Source: Bigelowiella natans CCMP2755
Taxonomy: Eukaryota; Protista; Cercozoa
DNA: 64,000 nucleotides
Direction of reading: 5' to 3'
NCBI GenBank assembly: GCA_000320545.1
Contig: ADNK01001820.1
Coordinates: 1-64,000, forward strand
The notes under the pieces were generated by a model. It worked only from the letters and a program-made list of their open reading frames with translations, ran no database searches and had not been told where the DNA came from. The position numbers and the translations under genes were made by a program. Shown in pieces: positions 50,501 to 64,000 of this stretch; positions within the stretch are counted from its first letter, which is position 1; the number at the start of each line of letters is the position of its first letter.

Positions 50501-51230
50501 TAGACTGATCCATCATGAAGCAGGGGAGCGAGATGAAAAAGGAGGACGGTTCCAAGAAAGGAAATATAGAGTAGCAACTAAAATGATGGTATGATGGTAA
50601 TAAAGGATGATAAATACAACGACACAGATTTTAAGTACAGAAAATTCGGGGTGTTGGGGTCTACGGTTTCATTCAGGAGAAATTCATGCGTGTAATAGCT
50701 CGATCCGCAAATGAATGCCTGTAAATGAACAATAACAGAAAATTATCGCATAATAAATTCGTCGCGAATTGGCTACTACGGTTTTTAAAACCCATGCATC
50801 GTACATTTGTGCTGGGAGGATGGTAGCTCATCCTCACCAGTGGCAACCGACCTGACGGGTTTGTGCTATCTAGGTTACGTCCACGTGTGCGTACGTCTAT
50901 AGCGAGTGTTATAGTGTCATTGTATGCCGAGCGCATACACTCACACATGCATAGATGGCACATGCTAGCATGCGCTGTCGCTAGCTCTAGCAGAGCTCTA
51001 GAGCTGCACAGTCAAAGTATAAACAAGCGCGTGCATGCTATGGCTACGAGATAGATGCTACGACTGCTAAGTGCAAGGAGCGCCTGCACCGCCGGTCTGG
51101 CTTCTCCATCGCAGCTAACTAGCTCTACATTCGTTCGGTTTTAGCTATCTGACAGTGTCTATGCTATGCAAGCTGTATAGCAGTTGGCACAGCATTATTA
51201 TCGGCACATCACGTGGGCAGCCGCAGGCAG

Positions 51231-51486
51231 CTTTACAAAGCTACATTAGGAAATAACAACTGAAATTTGTAGCACATTCATTATATCCGTCTCGTCCCTA
51301 GCTAGCTAGTCTAGTAGTCGTAACGGTGATGGGTGTGACAGTGCACATGCGTTTGCAGCATGAAACATATAATTGCAGAAACGAACAAGCACAACACAAG
51401 CGCTGTAGCCGCTCTTTACATAGCTACATTAGGATGACTATTGAAAAATTGTATTCATTTCATTACATCCGTCTCATAACGGTGAT
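51231..51486 (+). repeat. Diverged direct duplication, copies starting 183 bp apart
   Basis: ctttacaaagctacattagga...cattatatccgtctc...taacggtgat (51231-51330) versus ctttacatagctacattagga...cattacatccgtctcataacggtgat (51414-51486). Confidence 0.85.
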
Positions 51487-51741
51487 AGTTTGCGAGAAAA
51501 ACATTGAAATCAGACACCCGATACGAACCCGAGACAACGCTCATATGTAAGCACAGCATCGTAGCGTCTCGCTACCTACTCGTCGGGCCGCAGGTATGAA
51601 CACATGCGACAACGTGTGTTAGCTCTGGTGTAATACGTATCCGTCATTATTTTGCAGGCCCACGAGTAACCAAGAAGTCGAGATCACACACAACTCGTTC
51701 AAGCAGTTGTGAACTCTTTATCGGATGAGGATAGCCCCAAT

Positions 51742-53910
51742 CTACGTCAATTCATTCACTATTGGGAGCAAAATTTTCTTCCCGTTCTTCTTATTTGAAG
51801 GACTGACAAAGTGATTTGAAGACTTGTCTTGTGGCGAAATACCTGAGTGGTTCTCCTCAGCACAGAGAGGAAATAGTTCCGTTGGAGCAAGCTTCTCCGG
51901 TGCTCTTAGAGCACTCTTGTGTGGTGTAGATGTAGGAGTATTTTTGCTCCACTTGCACTTACTTGGAGGAGCTGCTAAAAACTTTGGGGACCTTTCACTA
52001 TTATCCGCGATGAAACTCTTCACGATATTGTCCTCTGTGTAGCAATTCATTAGAGAGCTGGAAACATCTGCTTCGAAGCATTCTATCGAGGTTTCGTTCT
52101 GTGTCGCACATGTAGAAGGCTCCGCAATTGTGGTCGAATTTGTTTTAGTTTCCAAGCTTGAATTGAAGCTGTCTCTGATATATTCGCAAAGTATAAGTCA
52201 CATCACAGTTCTCTTCTTACACAATAGCTTACCTTAACGGAGACTTTGGCAGGATTAATTCCAGCTGTAATCAGAACAATATTTTCATGGGAATAATTTT
52301 TGGTAGAAATGTATTGAAAACCTGCCGAAGCTTTGACCGATTCTCTTTGATCTTTGATTGTATCCTGGTGCACAACAACTATTCAGTAGGTTGTATAACC
52401 AGGTCTACTTTACAACCTTTCTAAGTCAGTGTAGATGTTGGCAACAACGGGGTCTTTAGATGCGCGCGTAAATTCTATCAGAGATGTCCTTTCCAGATCA
52501 TTCTACCGACATCATGTATTGTGAATCAATTTACTTCCTATAAAAAAAACTATGATTGGTCCAAAAAGACACCCGCCCATATCAAAGTATGCCCAGAGCT
52601 GGGCCAATTTTTGGGGAGAGGAATATCACTCCGAATGACAACCTCGCGACAAGATTCCAGGATTTCATGGACTCTCACCTTTTTTGAAGTTCCTCTGCCA
52701 CGTCTTTCACTTTCTCTCCAGGACGATTCTAGTATCCTTTTAATTACGGTATAATTTTTTCCCGAGTAAAAAAAAGTATTATCAAGACCCCAAAATTAGA
52801 TACATAGTCATCATACCTTTTCAGTTTGATGAGTAACATAGCTCGCAGTCGCTTAAGTCCATGGTTGTCTCCCTGAATTTTAGTCTTGTAGAGATCAAGT
52901 TCCTTGTCTAACTTCTTTGCCGTTTCTTCCTCTTCAGTAGTATCTGAGAGACACTTGCGACCCTCGATAAGGAAGTCAAGGAGTGCATTGATGGATTTCT
53001 CAACGGACAGCATCATATCTGAGCGTAAAGATTTTAACGATTATTCTATTGCGCATCGAAACTCTTTGCTCGTGGGGTATGATACTTGAGAGATGATATA
53101 CGTAATGATAAAAAATTCTCTGCAACATATTTTTTAATCAGTTGTTCAAATCTAAAAGGAAGAATTCTTACTATGGAAGACACGATGGTTACTCGCTTTA
53201 TTCGAGAAGTCGCTTAGAATATGTTGTTGCATCTTGAGCGAATCTCTAAGGTCTTGAAGGTCTAAAAAAGATCGTAAGCCGCCTTCGATCGAAAGCGCGA
53301 AACCTGAATCCAAAAGGTCCCCACCCTTCTCCATCTTGATGAATATTTATTAGCTGCGTTGAGAGGGAGGTACACGTATGGCGCCAAGCTGTTTGGATTC
53401 TCCTCCAAACTTTTGTTCGAATACCATGGAATGTGTCGCATAGACAAAGTCCCATGGCGTTTATGGTGATAATCAATCTGTAATCGTATGCACGAACAAC
53501 AGCAACCGGATAACAAATCACACCGAAAATATCGACCAAAAATGTAGAGTTCTTCAACCAAAGCAACATTGACGAAGGGACAATAAGTCCTTGTCTCAGG
53601 ATCTTTTTGGCATGGATTTCATTGAGACTACGATTTGCAGTTTTGCGCTTGTTGCTGATTATGAAATCTTGAAGTGCACTCAGATTCTGAGGATTCTGCC
53701 GCTCGGGCTTGAATTCCTTTGAAAGGTCTTTATCTTCCCCGCCCCTCACCTCCTCAAAATTAATCCGTTTTTATTGTTGTCATTTAAATGAGGATATGTT
53801 CACAACAAAGTATGTAAATGTGGAAAGTGAATGAATTAATCCACCTTACGCATTTGACATTGATGCGTGGCATAAAAAATTTACCTTGAGTTCTCTCGGA
53901 CAACCCTCAT
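51742..53910 (-). CDS. Multi-exon protein of unknown function
   Basis: Minus-strand coding-like exons (53749 region, 53334-53172, 53016-52817, 52737-52570, 52503-52418, 52155-51742) with GT-AG boundaries. Both termini are approximate. Confidence 0.55.
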
Positions 53911-54049
53911 ATGTGCAATTTTCCTTGTATCCTCTCGAACACTCTTTATAGCGAATTTTAATCGTTATTGTGCAAATTCGAATGAAACTTTTCTTCTTGA
54001 GAAAATTTTGAATCACTAGATACGAGCATTATTGCTTAGGCAGTCCACA

Positions 54050-57000
54050 ATGGACGTGAAGCTGCCCTCTGCTTCCTCCTCCTCTAAGACCCATTCATCC
54101 CGGGAAGACGGAGGAGCTGGATCCAGTGGATCTAATGTCGGAGCATCATCTTCATCATCAATATACAGCAGCATTATGGGAAAGAAGAGGGAGGACAGAT
54201 TGCTAAATTCCGTAAGGAACGGCTGGGTCAAAATGACCAACCGCTTCTACCAGAAGATCGATCTTTACAATGTAATATCGTTTTTGAACACACTTAAGAT
54301 GCATGATCAAATTGCAAACACACACGCACAAAAAGGGCAGTCACATATGCCACGTAGAATACGACTCAAATCTGCTATGCTTATTATTCCCAAGATGCAG
54401 TGGGGAGGGCTGGACATCGCCAACTGCCATGTGGCTATTTCTCCATACGGAGGTCTTGTTGCGATTGCCCCTGACGAGAGCAAAAGCAAGTTCGACTACA
54501 GCCAACCACAGACCGTAGCTCTCAAGAACAAGGTCCACATCTACACCTCGGCTGGCAAGTTCGTCTCGGATTTCCGGTGGCCGCACAAGGGCCTTGTCGG
54601 GATGGGCTGGAGCGACACGGAACACTTGGTCGTCGTAATAGCTGAGGGCAAGGATAATGTCTTCATTTACAGGTGACATTGTGAATAGATAATGAATGAC
54701 TTTGTGCTTAAATATATGTTTATGTACTTGTGTAATTGAAATGGCAGCATGCACGGTGACTGCCTCCACTTATTTCCCATTGGTAAAAACGTCGCGATTG
54801 CTGAGTGCTGTATCTGGGGCTCTGGGCTGGTCTGCCGGGCTGCGGGTACTAATCCTGAGTTCTTCGCGGTGCAAAATTTTGCTAAGCCGAGGGTAACGAG
54901 GTTGCGCGGACCGGGTCTTGCTTTTAAACCTTCCGCTATGGTGCCTATTCCGGCAGAACTGAGCTCTAATCGAAAGCTGCAGCTCCTACTCGCGTCCCCC
55001 CGCGGACCAATTCACGTTATATCGCACGCTGAGCCCTTGGAAATTACTGCTACCCGCGACGAACGAGCGTTCAACGAGCCCTTCTTGAGAATGGCACTCT
55101 CGCCGTCGGGTCGCTATCTAGCGACTGTGAACAGCACGGGTACCTTAACGGTGATGGAGTCAGACTTTTCGGCCACCATCTCAGAGTTTATAACAAGGCA
55201 TAGTAGGCCTCCGCTTGACGTAGCATGGTGCGGCGAGGATTCAGTTCTCCTCTACTGGGAACAGATTCTTATTATGGTTGGACCCTTTGGCGCTTACGTC
55301 GCCTTTAAATACCCCCAGACTGCGCCAGGTGCACTCCGGCTGCACACACAGGTTGATGGTTGCCAAGTTATTACCAGCGAAAAGTGTGAATTGCTGAGAC
55401 GCGTGCCGGAACCGAATGTCGCCATTTTTACCGCGGATAGTAAAGACCCAGCGGCGCTACTCTTTGCTGCTTCGCGGGCATACAAACACGGAGATATCAC
55501 TGCAGATCTTTGTATCAGGCAAATCAAGCAGCAATCAAGCAAAGATAGCAATGGCCAGCTTCGACTGCAAGATGCTGTCCAGGACTGTTTAGAAGCGGCT
55601 CTACACACCTTCAATAAGGAGGCGCAAACTGCGCTCTTGACTGCCGCATCGTATGGGAAGCTCTTCTGCGATGACCCTGATGGTTACATTAGCGACATGT
55701 TCGTGGAGCGCTGCCGCTGGGTACGTATCTTGCATAACATTCGGCAGCCAGAGGTAGGTATTCCTCTTACATTCTCACAGTTCGAGGATCTTTCTCTGGA
55801 GGTCCTAGTAGACCGCCTTGTCCACCGCCACCAACACCTCCTCTCGCTCCGTATCTGCGATCTCATGCAGCTGAAATCGAACAAGCAGGCCGTGCTCGAG
55901 CATTGGGCATGCGCGCGAATCCGCTCCTCTAACACCGATGACTACAAGGTGCTTGGGCGTGAGATCATTGCGAAGCTCAAGGTGTCTCCAGGCATCTCGT
56001 TTGGCAAGATCGCAGAGACGGCATTCAACCAGGGCCTTAAGGAGCTCGCTACGATGGTCCTAGAGCACGAACCGCGCGCTAACGATCAAGTCTCTCTCTT
56101 GCTCAACATGGAACAAGAAGAGCGTGCTCTTCGTAAGGCAGTAGAATCACGCGACGCTGACCTGATCATGTCGGTTGTGTTGCACATGCTTAAGCGTCTA
56201 CCCGGGCAGAGCGCTGCGGAGGCGCCTGAAGACCCTGAGAAAAACCCGGATGGTGCCGCTGCGCAGACACAGTTCTTTAAGGTGCTCGAGCAATACCCGC
56301 AAGTCCTCCGCCATCTTGTCGCCTACTATGAAGGCTTCGGCCTTGATCCCATCAAGAGTGCTGGGCGAAACGCTACCATGGCGCTGAAGCGGATCTACTA
56401 CGAACTCAAGAAAAAGAAGGTGGCTGCCAAGATCAAGGTTATCGAATCCTATTACAAACCGGAATGGAAACAAAGGATTCGCATGCTCGAAAACGCACAA
56501 GAGTTGTACAAAACAAGCGATCCCTTCGCGTCTGCAGCGACAAAAACCCAAGCGCGCTTGTTGCAGATTCAACGCAAGTGTGAGATCGACTTTAAGGTGT
56601 CGTTCGTTGACCTGTCCATCAATCAAACACTCGCAAAGTTGATTAAATACGGGCACACTGACCGTGCCTCAAGGCTTAGGAAAGAGTTTCAAGTCCCGGA
56701 GAAGCGATTCTGTCATATCCAGGTGGTAGCTGCAGCAATAGTACCAGTAGTAGTAGTTGCTGCTGCAGCAGCACCATAGATAATATCCGAACAATACCCC
56801 TACCTTCTTTTGTAGGGTACCTTTTGTTTGGATACAAAGTTCGAATTACTTATTTTTGCTGCTGCCTGCTTTTTCACCAGGTTAAAACGTTAGCGAAGGA
56901 GCAGGACTGGAGCGGGCTTGCCGCCTTAGCATCCACAAGACGTGCCCCGTCGATTGGATACGAGCCTTTCATCGAGGCCTGTATCGAGAACAAGGCCATA

Positions 57001-57210
57001 ACGGAGGCGGTGAAGTATATCTCTAAGCTCTCTTACTCAAACGAAAAGATGGAATGGTTTTGCAGCATACACTGCTACGGAGAGGCAGCCGAGGTTGCAC
57101 ACGCGGACCGGAATCTCGATGCCCTTCGCCAAATCAGCTCGCGGGCGAAAACCAAGCCCATTGTTAAGGCGAGGATAGATGACATGATTAAAGAGCTCAC
57201 AGGCCGATGA
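54050..57210 (+). CDS. VPS16: Vacuolar protein sorting 16 (HOPS/CORVET core subunit)
   Basis: Four exons (54050-54271, 54395-54672, 54748-56722, 56881-57210): RFYQKIDLYNMQW, SPYGGLVAI, IYTSAGK, AWCGEDSV, AASYGK, VGIPLTFSQF, HWAC, EPRANDQVSLLL, AVESRDADLI, EFQVPEKRF, IGYEPF. Confidence 0.96.
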
Positions 57211-57364
57211 TAATCGCGTGTTCTTATTATGATGACCATGGCAACATACAACGTATAAATAAAGAAAGTAGATGAAAAAGTTATTTTGCGCTACTTGACT
57301 GAGTTGGATCGCTGTCTGTGCCATAATGTTTTTTTTATGTTCAGTTTAGCTGTCGCTCTCTCCC

Positions 57365-57409
<45 letters not shown>

Positions 57410-58290
57410 CCTAGTAGATAGCGTTACTCAGCAGCAGTAGCAGCAGCAGACTTTGCATACCTATACGCACACATCAGCAATTGCCATGTACAAATCCAAA
57501 CAACAAAAACGCGAGGACCAGTCGATCGCTGATAGCTACAGCATAATGGGGGCTTTAATTTCTATAGATATCACGCCGACACCTGTAGCAGTTCATGACC
57601 CACATTATATCTAGCTAGACTACGGTATGCAGATTACTAACTAATCAATCATGGCATGGCATGCACGCATGGTAGACTGAATCCTACTGAGTAGGTGGGA
57701 CTACGTTTTGTAGTAAATAAAAACACTGAGCCAGTGTAATTGTGCCTTAAATAAGGCTAGAAGGCTACATGGGTTAATAGCTATAGCGCTACGATAAATT
57801 ATACTTTTATGACGCTGAACAAGCACGTATCTATTTGCAAAGTAGTACTTTATATCTAGGTACCAGGGTAAATTAAATAAAGCGGGGTTATTATTGTTGC
57901 GTTGTGTGGGTATAGATGAACTTTATTTGCATGAAAGCAGCTGGTATTATCATACATCATATTTGGTTGCTAGCGCAGTTGCCTTTGAATAGCGTAGTAG
58001 ACTTGAAATTGAAATCCAACAATTGCATACTTTGCATCCAGGTTCGATTACATGCCTTTTTTTTCACCAAATTAGTACTATATACCCGGGCGGAATCCAT
58101 CTATCTAACGACTATTCTCCTTGAGCATCGCTCCTCCTTCTGCGATATCCAGCTCCCACGTGTCACATTGGTATCCTCGAAATGATTAAAATGAATTTCA
58201 GTCATCGCTCTCTCATACTCTCTATGGTCACTACTTTCAATATGACGTTTGACATCTGGATCCATCGAAAGGGCAAGCGTGAGCTCATAC

Positions 58291-60509
58291 TCATTTCCTA
58301 ACAAAGACGAAGTCATACAGACATGTTTGTGAGAGAGATGTGAACGACGACATGCGACAGAGAGGAACGCTACGACTACCTGTAATCCCAAACTTAAAGA
58401 CCATGCTGTTCATTGCGAATGGTGACGAGGATGATGAAGCTGCATCATCAGCATCATCAATAGGCTCCTGTCCCCTCCCTTTCAGTTGCATCTTGGGCAT
58501 CAACGTAGCGATGGTTGAGTCGATGGACACGGAGCCCTCTACAGTCGACGTTGTCGTCACATTGGCCTTACCATCATGAATTACAAACTACCGAAGAAGG
58601 GGTGAAGAGAAATTAGGTTTTGAGTTGGTGATCAGGGAGGACATTATCATGAAAAACCTGGCGGTTCTTTGTGAGGAATTGTAGTCCTGTCTGAGGGAAT
58701 CTGCACACCTTCACTGGCTTATGGTTGACCCACACGTTGGCAAGAAAAGTTACCCGTGGTGCAGAAGGAGTACGAGGCCTTTTCTGCTGTTTCTGATATA
58801 GTTTTCAAGATGAATTTAGTTGGAATGCTTCTTCTGCTGTAACCCGTTGTATAAATCACTACGAATGAAAAATCATTACCTGACTTCCTTGCCGCCCTTT
58901 TCTTCCTTCTTCTTTATCTCTCTGACGTTTATTACTTTTGCTCGTTGTAGCGCAAGACTCTGTCCCTTCCCTCATTGAAGAAGAAAATCGAGCACCTTTG
59001 GTGTCACCCTCATTATCGGCAGCAGAAGCAGAGGCGTTGTCATCATCATCCCTCGATTTGTTCTCCCAATACTGCGCATCTAAATGGAGCTCACGAGGAA
59101 CGGCGTGGAGATATCTGTGGTAATTTTCGGAGAAACTCGTATGGCTCAGAGGACTTACAAAAAAGTTACATGAGTACAAGAACCTGGCATCGAACACGAT
59201 GTGCTTGCCCACCCGAGGGTATGAAACGAACCTTTAAAAAATGCATAAATTATTATCAGGGAGCGTCACTAGCTTTTCTCTCGAAGGACAATTTTGTGGT
59301 ATTGAAATTACCCTCTCCTAATTTTCTCCTCTGAAGGCAGCTTTCCATTAGCTTTGATACGTTGCTCGAGGACCTGACAAAGGCGAGGAAAGTAATCTAA
59401 GCAAGCTCATCACGCATACAGAAAACATAGCCCTACCAAGGTAGGTGGCCCAACAGCTGAGAGGTATGTAACAGTCGAAACAGCAGCGTGGACATAAACA
59501 CCAGTGCGAATTCTGGATAATAAGAGACACTACTCTGAAAAAATAACCAAATTATGCTACTATAACCACTACTTGTATACTATTGTTCCTTCTACGGTCT
59601 GCTGTTGTACATACATAAACTTGGTGCCATGCAACGGCAATTGCCAACACAATGAAAACGTGAAGTTCAGGAGCAGGTTGCGAAACTGGTACACCTTAGT
59701 TCCTCATCCTTGTCCCAGTGGAAGCCGATGCTATGTTTCAGCTGTATATCTCCGCAATCCCTGGATGCTTCTTTCCCTTTGCCTCCTCCATTTTCCACAG
59801 TGGCGAGATTATCATCGCATACATGTTGCACCCACCATTCTATCCCTGTGTTCGCCCAGTCTGAGTCGTTATCGTTGAAGTTTCAATGCCACATGATAAA
59901 TTCTTGGTCGGTCATTCGTGAAAATTTTCGATTCGATGAAAAATACCGATATATGACTCTTCACCCTCCTTTTTATTTATCAGCGAGGACGCGTGCTGTT
60001 TAAATATGGAGAGAGCGAGTGCCTCCAGGGAAAACCGTGGCTTTCCCCTAATTGAACGGTAGGGATGATGAGAACTGTCATTACAATTCCTATCAATTCT
60101 GCGTGAGAAGGCTGCGTAGAACCTTGCAGGCATCCAAAAAGTATTGTCAAAGAGCTCTGAATCCACATATCGGCAATCAAGTTGGAGCTCCTTTAACAGT
60201 TTCTTTGATGGCTAATGGTGGAGCGATGATTCCGAAATTCACAGTAGATTATAGAAATGAAGCGTAATACCGAATATAGGTGGTTTCTAGATATTTTATT
60301 TTTCAACCCGTAGAAAGTGAGGATATGACTTAAAACTGAAGTCCAGTCCTAGTTCACTGAAGGAAGGATAAAACCACTATGATGAGAAAACGAGAGAAGA
60401 AGAGCAAGTCGATGCTGGATGGATGATTTTAGGAAGATAACCTTGTACCAAGTACACGCCCATAAGAGTCCATTGAGACAAGCACCATCTCATCTTCATC
60501 ATCCTCCAT
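58291..60509 (-). CDS. Uncharacterised 2-oxoglutarate/Fe(II)-dependent dioxygenase
   Basis: Spliced: NTFWMPA, PRFSLEALALSIF, GIEWWVQ, IGFHWDKDEE (HxD), VHAAVSTVTYLSAVGPPTL, SYPRVGKHIVFDAR|YLHAVP (distal H), RVTFLANVWVNHKP (2OG-binding R). Confidence 0.72.
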
Positions 60510-60848
60510 GCCCACCACTTGTTCCAACTCTGTTGTTTTTGTCTAATCCCCCCCCCTCAGTTTTTTTCTGATCCTTCTCGTAGGTCTTAGCCGAGGAGCT
60601 CGTGCTTTGATGTCGCGTGCGAGCCGAGTCCTTCCTTTGTTAGTTTTTCGGTTGTTAAAAGAATAATACCTAAAATGCCCTGCGTATGGGACTTGCGACA
60701 TGTCCAACCTCCTAAATTAGGCCCTCTTGTCAAATTTAAATTTCAAATTATTTCTGAGGCTTACCCCCCCTACACTTTAGTTGTTGCGGGTGGGTTTGCC
60801 GTGTTTGCCAGAAGAACAATAGTATAAGAAAAGGAAAGGGATCTTTCT

Positions 60849-64000
<3,152 letters not shown>

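Noticed and set aside
58291-60509. The dioxygenase as the enzyme behind TpA erosion
   Set aside because: No TET/JBP or AlkB motifs or DNA-binding domain seen; proximity in a eukaryotic genome is not evidence.

Overview
Eukaryotic nuclear DNA from a gene-dense, intron-rich protist. A complex-plastid alga (for example a chlorarachniophyte) is a low-confidence guess from one possible bipartite leader and the splice style. By hand-splicing I reconstructed 19 protein-coding genes: a PKA/PKG-type kinase (5' end outside the window), an intronless secreted glycosyltransferase-like protein, NOL10, TMEM165/GDT1, a rhodanese, a CREST-like membrane protein, a stand-alone homoserine dehydrogenase, indoleamine 2,3-dioxygenase, centrin, a Csm1/monopolin-like protein, a STE11-type MAPKKK, a MED17-like protein, VPS16, an uncharacterised 2OG-Fe(II) dioxygenase, an acylated PDZ-like protein and four unknowns. 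The most interesting signals are non-coding. (1) 915 bp at 34143-35057 contain a single TpA dinucleotide, inside CTAG, while CpG stays common; this looks like a localised TpA->TpG/CpA hypermutation (opposite in direction to fungal RIP) acting on a mobile-element relic. (2) Genes alternate strand almost perfectly, with short head-to-head gaps. (3) The tail-to-tail spacers are partly TpA-eroded, rich in CTAG and other palindromes, and share exact motifs (AGCTCTAGAGCT x3, GCACATCTAG x4). All gene models and counts were made by eye, with no database search.
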